A DNA stretch of 64,000 nucleotides, from NCBI GenBank assembly GCA_964106915.2, contig OZ066921.1; one strand, written 5' to 3'. The stretch is from Podarcis gaigeae. Lineage: Eukaryota. The position numbers and the translations under genes are program-made. Under the pieces are notes generated by a model. It was not told the DNA's origin, searched no databases, and saw only the letters and a program-made list of their open reading frames with translations. Positions 1 to 12,097 of this stretch are shown one piece after another. The first letter of the stretch is position 1, and every line of letters begins with the position of its first letter.

Positions 1-66
1 ATGGAATCTCCGGCAGGAGTTGGCTATTCCTACGCCACAGAGGACAGCCCTATCAATGACAGCCAG
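1..66 (+). CDS. CTSA-like exon (truncated by window start)
   Basis: MESPAGVGYSYATEDSPINDSQ, donor gtaggt at 67. Confidence 0.9.
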
Positions 67-3000
67 GTAGGTCATTTGCTGTTCATTCCTGGCCTACGGA
101 CCGCATTGTCTAGTAAACAAAATGGAGGCGATTCATATCACATGCCAGTGGTGGGTGGGTAATAGATGGAATGGTGATGGTAGCAGCTGATGGGGGAAGG
201 TTGTTAGTCCTGTGGCAGTAATATAGGGCAGAACCACACCATACATCATCATCATAATTAATTTGTACTCCACCCAACTGACTGGGTTGCCCCAGTCACT
301 CTGGGCAGCTTCCAACAGAGTATAAAAGAACACATGATACATCAGACATTAAAAGCTTCCCAATACAGGGCTGGCTTCAGATGTCTACAGAAAGTCATAT
401 AGTTGTTTATATCTTTGACATCGGATGGGAGAGTGTTCCACTGGGTGGGCGCCACTACCAAAAAGGCCCTCTGTCTGGCTCCCTGTAACTTCACTTTTTC
501 AAAACGAGGGAACTGCCAGAAGGCCCTCTGAGCTGGACCTCAGTCACGGTTTTAAAACACAGCCAGTGCACATTTAAATCATACGACTTCCCCTAAAGAA
601 TCCTGGGAATCGTAGATTGCTAAGGGCACTGGGAACTGCAGCTCTTTGAGGAAGAAACTACAATTATCAGCATTCTTTGGGGGAGCCATGTGTTGTAAAT
701 GTGCATTGGCTGTGCCTTAAATGTGTGGCATGGTTCTATCCAGAGGCAATATAGACTTCCTACACAGCTGCCTGGGCTGTGAGGGATCAGCTCACAAAGT
801 TTGTAAGTATTGTTGGGACAGATTCCATTTGCCTTACAGGTAGGAGAAGTCTTTATTTGGATGTTCACTGAGACAAATCAAGACTTCTGTCATATACTCC
901 TGACGGATGAGGAGCAGAGGGGTGGGGTGGGGGAAGATAATGCCAGGAGTGTGTTTCTTAATGCAGCCGCACATGATATGCACATCAAACTCTGTCCTAT
1001 GATTTGCACCAAAGCTAAGAGGTGGGTCAAAATTTCTCCCTACTTTAGGTAGCTGAGGACAACTACCAGGCTCTCCAGAGTTTCTTTGCTAAATTCCCAG
1101 ACTTTGCAAACAACGAATTTTATGTTTTTGGGGAAAGTTATGGTGGAATCTATGTCCCCACTCTCACTGCCAAGATTGCGGAAGGATCAGCAGGCATTAA
1201 CCTGAAGGTAAACACAATCGCGGTACAGGAAGCAGAGTCACTGGAAAACCAGGAGAGCTAAGATCTTCCATGTAGGCCAAATGGCACATTTAGGGGCAAT
1301 GAGTGAGCACTGCCAACCCACAAGCAGCAGCCACTAATGCAGATTTTGCCCTGAGGACAACAAGCCCTGAAGGCCTCACTCCTCTCACATCCAAAGCAGG
1401 CCACATGGAAAGGACATGCCTGGAATTGGGGATGTGGATTCACTTTGAAGGCCTTGCTTGGTAGCTGCCTCTGAATGTCTGGTGCCATTGCCCCACATCC
1501 AGTTGTGCTGTATCTCAAGAGGCACTAGACACTACAGTTTCTATGCCTGCTATCTTCAAACCTGGCATCAGGCCTGGTTCTAATTATAGCCTTTCAACTA
1601 ACTATCCCATCATCCAATTTCATACAACTCCTTTCTTGGCATGATCTTTTGTTATCTGATTCCTCAGGGATTTGGGGTTGGCAATGGCATGCTGAGCTAT
1701 TTCCTCAATGACGAGACACTGATGGAATTTGCCTACTACCATGGAGTGTTTGGAGATGAGTGAGTACAGAAGAGGACAAGGGGAGTTGGGTCAGCAAGTG
1801 GCCACAGGTACAAGTCAACAACTGGTAGCTCCAAGTTCACAACTGGCCTCTAAAAGAATTGTCCCCGCCTTCTCCATTTGCCAGATCAAATGAGAAGCAA
1901 AAAAGGAGAGTGGAGACTGTAGTAAAGGGTCTTGCCCTTATCATGCATCACTGAGTACATCAGAAACAAGAAACTGGCAAGCAAGGTGGTTGGATGGCAA
2001 GTGAGTCAAAGGTGTGCTAAATAAGGGGAAGCCGTTGTTTCCTGTCAGTGAATAAAATTAGCAATTATCTCCACTGAAGAGAGGACAGAAAGAAAAGCTT
2101 AGCTTGCACCAACTGTAGGCAGAATAGTTAGAGAGGTTGTTGACATCTCCAGGGAACACAGGACAGATATCTGTCAATGTTGTTTGAACTATATGTTCTC
2201 CTTTGTTGGGCAGGGGAGCCGGTGTGTGTGTGTGTGCTCACACACACTTTGTGCTTCTAAGTTGTGAACCACCCTGTGATTTTGAGTGAAGGGTGGTATA
2301 CAAATGTAATGATTGAATAAAAATGAATAAGCTTCCCTCTACCTGACACTTTACCGCCTTCTTTCCTGCCTTATAGCTTGTGGGCCTCATTGAACGAAAA
2401 CTGCTGTGATGAAGGAACTTGCAACTTCTCCAGCAACATGAACAGTGATTGTATCACAGCAGTGAGTGCCTGGACTGAAAATCCTTGATACTAACTCATG
2501 TAGTGTGCACTTTGCAAACTCCATTTGCACCTGGCCACAAACTAGAATGTTCTAATTGTTATGCAATAATGTATTTTGGCCTGAACTGGTAGATTATGGG
2601 TTTAGTAAAGTCTTCTGGAAATGTCTCTGCCCTATTTTGTGCCCATAGCACCTACTACATCAAATTCTCTGAACAGCATTAGGATGTTGCCAACGTGTTA
2701 CCACACCATTGAAATAATTGCAATGGGTGCTAATTACGTAGTTACTGGGCTAAATTCAATGTGCTGGTTTTGGTGCATAAATCCCTATACACCTTGGAAC
2801 TAGGATCCTGATAATCCCACCCCTTATATATTCAGTTGATCACAGTGCTCTGTAGGTGAAGGCTGCCTGCAGATACCGTCTTATAAAGAGGTCTATTCTG
2901 CACAATGTAGTAAACTGGTCCTTAGTGTTGGGGCACCTACCCTTTGGAATCCCCTCCCCTTGAATATTACACAGGTGCAATCTCTTGTCTTTTCAGTGGT

Positions 3001-6000
3001 TATCTTTACCCCAGTCTGCATCTGTACTGGAATTGTTTTTAAGATTTTGGAATATGTTTTATTGCTTTGTTGTTAGCTGCCCTGGGCTCCTTTGGGCAGA
3101 AGGGCAAGATATAAATTTGATAATAAACCCATAAAAATAAACTGATGACCCTCAAAGGCTATAAAATATTACTGAATTCCACACATCTGTTTCCTTTCTC
3201 CTCTTTCTGCACATAAACTGAGAGCGTAGCTAACTCTTCTATCCTCTTCTTCCCTGTTCCCATCCTCAAGATATCACAAGCCTATGGAATTCTTTATGGA
3301 ATTGGCCTCAACGTGTACAACCTCTACGCATCTTGCTGGGGAGGAGCACACTACCAGGAGCGTTATGAAGCCGATCTGTCGAGCCTCTTCCACCACTACC
3401 AGTTTGATGTTCCAGTGCCAGTGAGTTGCTAGGCTATCTTCATCACATTTACATCACTCAGGTGGCTCTAGCGATTCTGTGAATTTGGCAAACTTAAAAA
3501 AACAAAAAACACACCATTTTCTTAAGCATTAATATTCAGTATGGAAATTTATTCCTAAAAGTTAATGCTGGGAAGGCATGATTCATCCATTTATAAATGA
3601 ACTATGGGCCACTTGCTGAATCAGGCTTAGGTCTGGCAAAGCAAGGTGCTGGTATCTTGCACCAGCTTTTCCCAGAAGAATTCAACCTCATCTTGCCTTC
3701 TCCTTGCTTTCACTTTCAGAAAATTGGCTCCATCCCAGGAGCGCCACATTGTATAAATGCCACCGCTATGTATGTGTGGCTGAACCAGGATGAAGTCCGG
3801 CAGGCTCTCCACATCCCCAGCACTCTCCCAGACTGGGAGCTCTGCAGGTGACTCCCATCAAATGTTTCTGCCCTTCAGAAGCATGCAAAAGTTGTTTGGT
3901 AATGGAATGGTAATGAAGGGCAGTGGCCTGGCGAGGCTTTGTGGAAAAGTGGTGTTTCTCTGCTGGTATAGAACTGATGCACTGCAGGTTGCCAGAGCTT
4001 GATAACATATGGGTATGTACTAGGACTGAGATCAAATGAAAATGCAGACTGCAACAAAAACAGCTTCCCCATTTTTGTTTTGACAACCCTCTAATGTGAA
4101 GCACCTGGTTCACTCTGCCCATACTTTATTGCCCTAAGCCTGGAAGCTGGGGAAGTGATGTCAGAATTATCTGCAAGGGTAGTCTCCTTTCCCAGATAAT
4201 TCTGTCTCAAATACTTCCAATTTTTGTATGGATGTACAATATGAAATCAAGTGAAGGGAACTGAAGATTTTATTGATGTACTGACCATCTTGCTTCTTCA
4301 AGACCCCTCGGGTGAGCTGACAGATCTCCAATACCGATAGTCCTGGGAGAACAACAATCATGTTACAGTCATCTTGTAAGATGTGGCATAAGTCCTTTAT
4401 GATATTGAATAAATCTTTCCCTTGCTTCTCTGTTGGGGTTGCATGCATAGTGAGTCATCTGATAGAGCTTTTTCAGGTGACAAATGGACCTTTCTTCTCC
4501 TTGCTCGTCTTACTGACATGCAGTCATCAATAGTCTTCTGTGGTATTTTTGTTGGGCATTTGGAGGGGTGTGCAAAACCTTATCATTTTTTATTTGGGTA
4601 TTTCAGTCTCACTGAGAAGTGACATTACATGTTCAGGAAATTTGTTTGCAAAAATAACTTCTCCATGGGTAAGGTTTTCCACATGGCTAATCCTTACGTT
4701 TGTTCACACCTAGCATAGTTGTGCATTTTTCTGTATTCTAAGTACTGATGCTTACCACCATTTCCTATTAAAATGTCTTATTGTGGCTTAGATGGTTTTC
4801 CTCAAAAGGGACAATGAATACAACAACTAACTGCTACTACTGGGCATTAAGAGGTTTTGGCTGGAACTAATAAGTTGGATCTCAATTGTATGAGAATTCT
4901 GAAAACAGTTGTAAAACAAACTGCCTTCCAGACATCACTGGATTAAATTATAAAGGATATTTGTCTCAGTTGTGGACTGCTAAGGTTGGCAACATTTATT
5001 TCTCCCCAGCTTATTTATTCTTCTTCCTCTGGGGCAAGGTATAGAGTACATGGGTTTGTATATTCAGCATCATTTCCTCTTGAAACCACTTGGTGGTGGA
5101 TGGCCTTGGCTCAAGCTCATATTCTGATAGGCCTGCAGGGGCAGGAAAGGAATTCTCTGGCTGTTGGCAGTCAATGAGAACCCCAACTTGCATGCTCTTG
5201 GCAGCTTGGATTTGCATCTTGGTGACAAAATCAAAAGGGCACCCTTGGTTGATCTTACTGGTGAAACAAAGGGGAGAAGGGATGAGGGGCCCAAGCTCCT
5301 TGAACCCCACCCCCCATGCATTTATCTTCTCCATGCAGTACACAGGTTAGCTCTCATTACCAAAGGGTGTACAGAGACATGACTCCCTTCTACAAGTATC
5401 TGCTGGCTCAGGACCTACGAGCATTGGTTTATAATGGAGACGTGGACATGGCCTGCAACTTCTTGGGGGCTGAAAAGTTTGTTGAGTCTTTAAATCAGAC
5501 TGTAAGTAACTCCTTTGAACTTCACATATCTTAAGTGTTGTACTGTATTGAAAACCTATTGCTCCTTAACTTATGTGGGAAGACACAGCTGATCCTGCGT
5601 TTTAGACCCAGGTTTCCAACACCGACAGATGTGCAGTTGTTGTTGAAGACATAACCAAGTTGTCATTTAGAAAAAAAGTTAGAATGGATGGGCAGAGATG
5701 AAGAGAAAGTTAGCAAAACATGATCTGGAGTAAGTCTACTAAGAGCCAGTTTTGGAGCATCCGTGATAGACTAGTATGTACACTAAAATTGGGTCTGCTG
5801 TCCGTTTCCAGTTTGTGACCTTTTTTATTAATTCCACAGGTGCTAAATGATTACCAGCCCTGGTATTTCAATGATCAGATTGCAGGATTTTTCAAGGAGT
5901 ATGAGAAGATCACATTTCTCACCGTAAAGGTCAGTGATTTAATTGGAGCCAGTGGGCATTATACTTTTCATTATTTAAAAGATTTATGCCCTGCTTCTCC

Positions 6001-7115
6001 CCTGTACAACAGTGTTACTCAAAAGCAGATTTCAAGTAAAAATCAGCAACAAGCTAATAATTAAAAGACAAAATAACAAGTTTATAAACAGCAGGATAAC
6101 ACAAAAACAGGAAGAGCAACACTAACGGCCAATACTTTAAAGCAGGAGCAGAGCCAAAAGCTTGTTTAGAAAACACATTATATGGGCTCAGTTATTTTTT
6201 AAGCATGACATGGCTCTCAAGATAGAGGTTTTCAAGATGGAGGCAATGGCTTCTCAAGCTAACACGTTGGAGGCAATGGCTTCTCAAGCTGGAGAGACCC
6301 ATTATTAAAAGGGCTTAGGTGTAATCCTGGGACCTGTAACAAAGGCCTGGTTCTCATGTAACATTAAACTATGGTTTGTTTACCGTAGCTGTGGTTTGTC
6401 TGAACATGTGAAAACATATCAGCAAACTAGCCTGTTTATTTTCTGTCAGCAAATGACAATGTGAAGCCATGGCTCAGTATTGGCTTAAAAATCATGGCTT
6501 ATTCTAACTATGGTTTAACATTACTTATGAACCTAACAACCCTGCTTAACTATTGTTGTTTTCCCTACCTGTTACCCCAGATGCTCCTCAAGCTGGGAAG
6601 GCATGACGCAAGAGTAGCTAGAAAACAAAATAAGATCTAAGCAGGTGTGGGGAACCTTTGGCTTGCCAGCTGTTACTGAACCACCACTCCCATCAGTCCC
6701 AGCAAGCATGGCTAATGATGATGGGAATTGTAGTTCAGCAACAGCTGGAGGGCCACGGTTTCCCACACCTGCTCTAAATAAGCAATACATGGCTTGTTTG
6801 TTAAATAACATTAACCCCAGTTTATGTGAAAACACAGCCAATATGTGATTAATTGCACGCACATTATCAAGACAGCACTGGCGAAAAGTTGCTTTCTCTC
6901 CTTCACACAGATGTTGCCTCTTCTTGCTCTGTTCAATATAAGCTTCCAGTATCCTTCACAATATTTTGGGCAGGGGGGAATTATTTCAGATCAGTTCTTT
7001 TCTAAAGCATCTTCCCTCTCATATATAGGGTGCTGGTCACATGGTTCCACAGTATAAGCCTGGACAAGCTCAGAAGATGTTTGAATGCTTCCTCTCCAAA
7101 GCCAGCTACATCTGA
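1..7115 (+). CDS. Cathepsin A-like (lysosomal protective protein-like) serine carboxypeptidase, family S10; 5'-partial multi-exon gene span, join(1..66,1049..1207,1668..1759,2377..2461,3271..3420,3720..3847,5339..5501,5840..5929,7029..7115)
   Basis: Nine GT-AG exons splice into one open frame carrying ESPAGVGYSY, FGESYGGIYVP (Ser), GFGVGNG, LNVYNLY, YNGDVDMACNF (Asp) and GAGHMVP (His), ending in TGA at 7113-7115. No symbol is given because it looks like a paralogue of CTSA, not the orthologue. Confidence 0.93.
245..545 (-). mobile_element. L2-clade LINE 3' fragment (antisense)
   Basis: Reverse complement resembles the 3' ends at 18770-18858 and 49190-49283 (ccacccagagt..ggggaaacccagccagatggg motif). 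Confidence 0.55.
558..714. mobile_element. Palindromic MITE
   Basis: Inverted ends cacagccagtgcacattta / taaatgtgcattggctgtg. Confidence 0.6.
1049..1207 (+). CDS. CTSA-like exon with catalytic Ser
   Basis: VAEDNYQALQSFFAKFPDFANNEFYVFGESYGGIYVPTLTAKIAEGSAGINLK; ag/gt flanks. Confidence 0.93.
1668..1759 (+). CDS. CTSA-like exon
   Basis: GFGVGNGMLSYFLNDETLMEFAYYHGVFGD; donor gtgagt. Confidence 0.92.
2377..2461 (+). CDS. CTSA-like exon
   Basis: LWASLNENCCDEGTCNFSSNMNSDCITA; CC..C..C pattern as in CTSA. Confidence 0.92.
3271..3420 (+). CDS. CTSA-like exon
   Basis: ISQAYGILYGIGLNVYNLYASCWGGAHYQERYEADLSSLFHHYQFDVPVP; donor gtgagt. Confidence 0.9.
3720..3847 (+). CDS. CTSA-like exon
   Basis: KIGSIPGAPHCINATAMYVWLNQDEVRQALHIPSTLPDWELC. 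Confidence 0.92.
5339..5501 (+). CDS. CTSA-like exon with catalytic Asp
   Basis: TQVSSHYQRVYRDMTPFYKYLLAQDLRALVYNGDVDMACNFLGAEKFVESLNQT. Confidence 0.93.
5840..5929 (+). CDS. CTSA-like exon
   Basis: VLNDYQPWYFNDQIAGFFKEYEKITFLTVK. Confidence 0.93.
6642..6771. mobile_element. hAT (Charlie-like) hairpin MITE
   Basis: TIRs caggtgtggggaacc / ggtttcccacacctg, nTCTAR-type flanks; same family as 16053-16190. Confidence 0.7.
7029..7115 (+). CDS. CTSA-like last coding exon with catalytic His
   Basis: GAGHMVPQYKPGQAQKMFECFLSKASYI*. Confidence 0.93.
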   Translation, partial: GAGHMVPQYKPGQAQKMFECFLSKASYI

Positions 7116-7260
7116 TCTAATGCCTTTTAAAATAGTAAATGTCACTGAAAAGCTGTGGGGAAATAGTATTCCACATAGTACACAATACTTTGTAACATAG
7201 TAACATAATTGAAGCTATGTACATGCTTATCTTCTTATGATTGAATAGTTGCAAAAGCTT

Positions 7261-7266
7261 ATTAAA
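7261..7266 (+). terminator. Candidate poly(A) signal of CTSA-like gene
   Basis: ATTAAA about 145 nt after the stop, followed by GT-rich gggtgtgtgg. Confidence 0.5.
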
Positions 7267-8101
7267 TCATGTAATCTCTTGGGTGTGTGGTCATTCTTGG
7301 CAGGGCAGGGAGAACAGATACTTCTATGGCACTTTTGTGGGGGCATCACACAGAAATGCCCCCCTGTGGTAGAGAACCTATAACATGACCTGTTTCTAGG
7401 GCTGCCATACATCATGCTTTTGTATTAAAAAAAAAAGCTCAACAACTTTTGGGGTGTCCTGGTTTTTACTTTTTGAAATATGGCAACCCTACCTGACTAT
7501 ATTTATTATATTTATATACTGCTTTCAGAAGAATATTGTTTTGCAAAGCAGCTTACATAAAAAAGTAACAGGCCCTTCCCTTTGACTTACCAACTAAAAG
7601 AAAGCAAGAGAAACAGGGAAGATCAGCCTAATGTTGTGAGAACAGAGCATAAGTTGTACAAAAGCCTCCACATCCAGCTGAGGTTATGCTCCTTTCCTCA
7701 CATAAAAGTGGTGCAAGTATGCAACTGGCTCTTCATCGTCTGGTTGGTGACATAGGGCCAGAATGGCTTGCTCTTCCCTTGCCAAAGAGCAACAGGCAGT
7801 TGGAAGTGTTTTTTGTTGTTGTGGGAAAGGAGCAAGGTCTCTGAGGCTGCTATGTCACTGGGTAGGACTAGGCTGGTCATCCGATTGCCATAGGCGCAGA
7901 GGGAGGGGGCAGGGATTGTCTCAACTCTACCCAGCTTTTCATGCTATGACAGAAAATCCTCCTCCACTCCAACCTGAGGTCTACAAGGCTCACAAGCTGC
8001 CAAAACAGATTTTACAAAGTCCTGCCTACTTGGCTGGAGCCCTTGAAGAACAAAGCCACAAACAGCAAGAGAGTTACAGGGGAAACTACCAGTGTCCTAT
8101 T

Positions 8102-8550
8102 GGTGTTTCGCAACATTGACCTGTTGCAGGACCTTAGCCAGACCTTAGCAGAGCATACGCAGAGTTCCGGAAAGCAATCAGTTGCAGGCAGGATGGACGA
8201 AGCAGGAACAAGACGCTGCTACCAGTAATTTGGTTACTTAGAGGTGTTTATTATTTACAGCAGACTCTACAAGTTACTATATACAAGAACAGAAACAGAT
8301 CTTAACTAGCTCTCTCATAACAAACTCCAAACGATTCTCAGAACACCACACTGATCAACAAACTATCCAGTCAGTAAGGTCATAAGTCATCATGCCTGTG
8401 TGAGACCTCAACCAATGGTAGAGCAGTATCCAAGGTCTCATATCTCCAGGCAGAATAACTCCTCTCTGCTCAGCCATCCTTGGCTTTCAGCCAACTCTTA
8501 ATTGACTGTGCGAAGCTGCACAGAATGCCATGTAGTCAAAAAACCCAGTA
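8102..8550. mobile_element. Possible insertion (solo-LTR-like) flanked by a 9-bp direct repeat
   Basis: tgtcctatt at 8093-8101 and 8551-8559; internal minus-strand AATAAA and a CCAAT. Confidence 0.3.
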
Positions 8551-9399
8551 TGTCCTATTCTGCAGAGCCAAACCATATGCAATGATGCCTTTTTGCAACT
8601 CACTTTTTGGAAGGGGGAGAAAGATCAGGATTGGTGTTCTGGGATTTAAAACAACCTATTTCCTAGAATTAAAACTCTGGTCTGTGCAAGGATACCCTAC
8701 CCCAGGTAATTTTTGCTGGGAAAATGGCAGCAGGGGAAGATTACGGTAATACCAACACCCATTCTTGTTACATATCAGAAGTTTAAGAAGAGACTTCTTA
8801 AGATCATTGGAAGGCCCCTCCACAAGAGGTTCGGAGTGGCAACACGAGAATGGTCCTTTTCTGCAATGGCTTCCCATTTGTGGAATGGTCCTCTTTAACC
8901 AGGCCTTTGGCCAACTGACATCCGGTGCCCTTTTAAAATGTGCTGTGGAAGGGGATATTATTGGGTTGTCTTTGATTTTATTTTTATTACATATTTTGTG
9001 TTTTGTACATTGTGATTTTATGTTGTGGACTGCCGAGATCTATGGGTGGTATACAAATTAAATAAATTGGAAGAGCACTGCTTGATCAGGCCATCAACCT
9101 GGTCCAACAACCTATTTTCAGAGTGGCCAATCCAATGCCTGCCAGAAGCCCCAAAGCAGACACATGAAGGCAACACACTTGTGCTGTCCACTAACCTACT
9201 TGGAGGCCTCTCAGCCTTCACTACTGGCAGCACTGTACACAGTTGCCCTGGCCTAGTATCTACCGGTATTCTTCTTCTCCACCAATCTGCCTAAACAGAT
9301 TTGGTTAAGCCCTCAGAGTTGTGGGCTTCGCAACACACTTTAATTAGGCGAGGAGGAAGTAGCAGCGAGTTGTTCGGGCCTGAATCTTGCAACATTCAG

Positions 9400-10990
9400 C
9401 TTCACTGGCGGGGGTCCAACGTTACGAGGGGGGGAATTTCTTTGCCCACTTTCTCCACCGCACCGCCGTGGTTTTAAGCACCTCTTTCACGTCCGCTCTC
9501 AGTTGTCCTTTTTATTTTCATGAAGGAAACAGACCCCAATGGCACGTGGTTTCCCCTACCCAGGATGCTGCTTCTCCAACATTTTGGTCCCCCTCAGGGC
9601 CCCGCGGAGAAGCCCCAGGGAAACGGCGTTCCGAGAGGAACCCCTCAAGCCAGGCGCGGGAGCGGCTCCGAAGGGAGGCTGCGAAGACCCACTTAGCAGC
9701 TGCACAACCGCCTCAGGCGCACCCCCGCTCTCCGGGAAGCCCGTGCGCATGCGCTTCCTTCCAGGGTGGAGTGCTCGTCGACCTCCTAGCTGCCCCGTTA
9801 CACTTCCCAAGGAATCGCGCCTGACGCCTGGCTCCTCGGCCACAGCAACCGCGCCCGACTTTTATTGGTCGTAGCTGACACGCTCCCTTCGCGGCGCCAC
9901 GTTATGATTGGCCGAGCTGAGCTCAATATTGCCTTTAACCAATCCTTGTCGGTCGATAGTTCTGCAGCGCCCCCTAACCATCTCCTCCGCTTTGCGCCGC
10001 CTTCCAGCAACCACTTCCGAACACGGATTGGGTAACCTGGCCTTCGTCCCTACGCAGACGCAAAGGGGGAAAAATAATATCGCGCTGCCCCTCGAGGTGG
10101 GGATTGGACGAAAGCAGGGAGGCGGGCTCGAGCGCGGAGCTGGACACAGCCTGCGATTGGGCCAGGGCTTCCTCGCGCGGGCGACCTAAGCGAGATCGAG
10201 GAGCCCCCGCCCCCTGGCCTTACGTCCGTCGCAGGGGAAGACGGGAAGAGAAGGGCCGCGACGTGAGCGCGCGACTCCCGGCGCCATTTTGTTTGGGAAC
10301 CAGCGGAGGAGGTAGCTAGAGAAGCGCGAGCGGCTCAGCCAGGCGCCCGCCCCGGCCCCGAGACCCTCGCCCCCGGCCCGCCCCAGGTGAGAACCGCGCC
10401 ATTCGCTCCAGGCGGCAAGGCCGGCGCTGGCGGAAGCCACCGGGAGGCCGAGCGGTAGTGGCGGTAGAGGTGGGCGGCCTGCGTCCCGCGTCTCTCCCCG
10501 CGTAGCCGGCGCTGAAGCGCTAAGCAAAGGAGTGGTGAGCTGGGCCTGCCCGTAGCTCGCCTGTCACTGCACGTGTTGTCCCCTGTGGTGGGGCGAGGAG
10601 GCCTCCCGGAGACCCCCTGCCCCTCTCTCTCTCCTTCCCCTCTTGCGCCCCGAAGGCGAGTCCGGCTGCGGAATAAATAAAAGCCGAGAGTCGCTCGCGG
10701 CAACGGCGGGCTTCTGCCTGCCCCCAGGAGGCCGTCCCAATTGGGCCGCCGAGAAATTGTGAGGGGCCCCGTCCGCTCCGTTGGCCTGTCCTGCCCGCCC
10801 TCCGAAGCCGGAAGTGACTTGGGCCACTACTTGTGGGAGCGAACGAGGCGGGTCGGGAAGCGTTGTTGCTTGTTCAGAGGCTTTAGTTAATCCATGTCGA
10901 GGCGCCCGCCAGGCCCAGGTGTGCGCCGCCCTCGGGCTTCCTCAGCCGGTCCCGAATCGTCTTGTAGGATACCCGTCAGAGGCTGCTACA
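9400..10990 (+). promoter_or_regulatory. CpG-island promoter of CNOT1
   Basis: High GC and CpG. E-box CACGTG at 9543, NRF1 TGCGCATGCGC at 9744-9754, six CCAAT/ATTGG boxes (9864, 9907, 9939, 10027, 10103, 10156), ETS sites at 10012 and 10808, YY1 CGCCATTTT at 10282-10290. Confidence 0.85.
10290..10386 (+). other. CNOT1: CNOT1 non-coding exon 1 (TSS approximate)
   Basis: Lies downstream of the YY1/CCAAT cluster and ends at the consensus donor CCAG|GTGAGA (intron starts 10387). Confidence 0.6.
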
Positions 10991-11843
10991 ATACAGGCGG
11001 AGAAAGAGCTTAATTCCCGTTTTTGTTCTTTTTTCCTCCTATCTCTGATCCACGACGGACTTGAATCTGCTTATAGGTGCTATATCTGTTTCAAACGTCC
11101 TATAAACATCTTTACTTTACCGGGGATAGGCGGGGAGGTAGTGGGATCTTATTTCTGGCAAAAGTCTGTGGTCTAGTGCCAGTTTGCCCGGGCTTCTTTT
11201 GGCAGGTGAGACAGGCACTGGAATAATGCTTTCTGGTAACTTGAAGAATGATTTATTTGCTTGTCTTCATATTACAGAACTGAAACCATTATCTTTTCAT
11301 GTGAACCGCATGGTTTCACCTACCGTATATGGACTTGGACTTTTCTTGTGCCAAAAAAAAGTGATCTAAAGTGTTGTTAATAAGAAAATAAATAAGCATA
11401 TGGGAGAACAAGACTTACTGAAGTAGAGCCTGCATAGCTTCTGCAAAGACAACTCTTATCTTATGAAGCTATTAAGAGTTCTTTGAGAATGTCAATAAAC
11501 ATAGTTAGAGGTGATCTGCTTACAGTACTTGCATTTCAAAAAGCTTATGACAAGTTGCCCCACCAAAGATTCCCAAGTAAACTTAGCAGTTATGGTATAA
11601 GAGGAATTGGTTAATAGGAAGCAAACAGTAGGAATAAACGGAAAGTTCTCTGAATGGAGAGCTGTAGAAAGTAGAGTTTTCCAAGAATTGATATTGTGCC
11701 TTTTAACTTGTTCATAGAAGATAGGGGTGAGCAATGAGGTGCCCAAAAGATTTTCAAGAGCTTCAAAAAATATTCTCTAAACTGCGTGAATGGACTGTAA
11801 AATGGCAAATGCAATTCAGTGCGTAGAAAGTGTGATGCAAAAA

Positions 11844-12097
11844 CATTGGTACCTCGCAAGACGAAATTAATTCGTTCTGCGAGTTTCTTCGTCTTGCGAA
11901 TTTTTCGTCTTGTGAATTTTTTGTCTTGCGAAGCACGGATGCACCCTGGTATTAACGGTTTTAAGAAAAAGGAAACAAACTCGCAAGACGTTTTCGTCTT
12001 GCGAAGCAAGCCCATAGGGAAATTCGTCTTGCGAAGCAACTCAAAAAAAGAAAAACTCTTTCGTCTTACGAGGCATTCATCTTGTGAGGTACCACTG
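11844..12097. mobile_element. Tc1/mariner (Tigger-like) MITE
   Basis: TIRs cattggtacctcgcaagacgaa / ttcatcttgtgaggtaccactg; internal repeated ttcgtcttgcgaa. Confidence 0.75.

Noticed and set aside
9387-11176. Many overlapping 70-145 aa ORFs on both strands
   Set aside because: Expected stop-codon scarcity in a CpG island; no recognisable domains.
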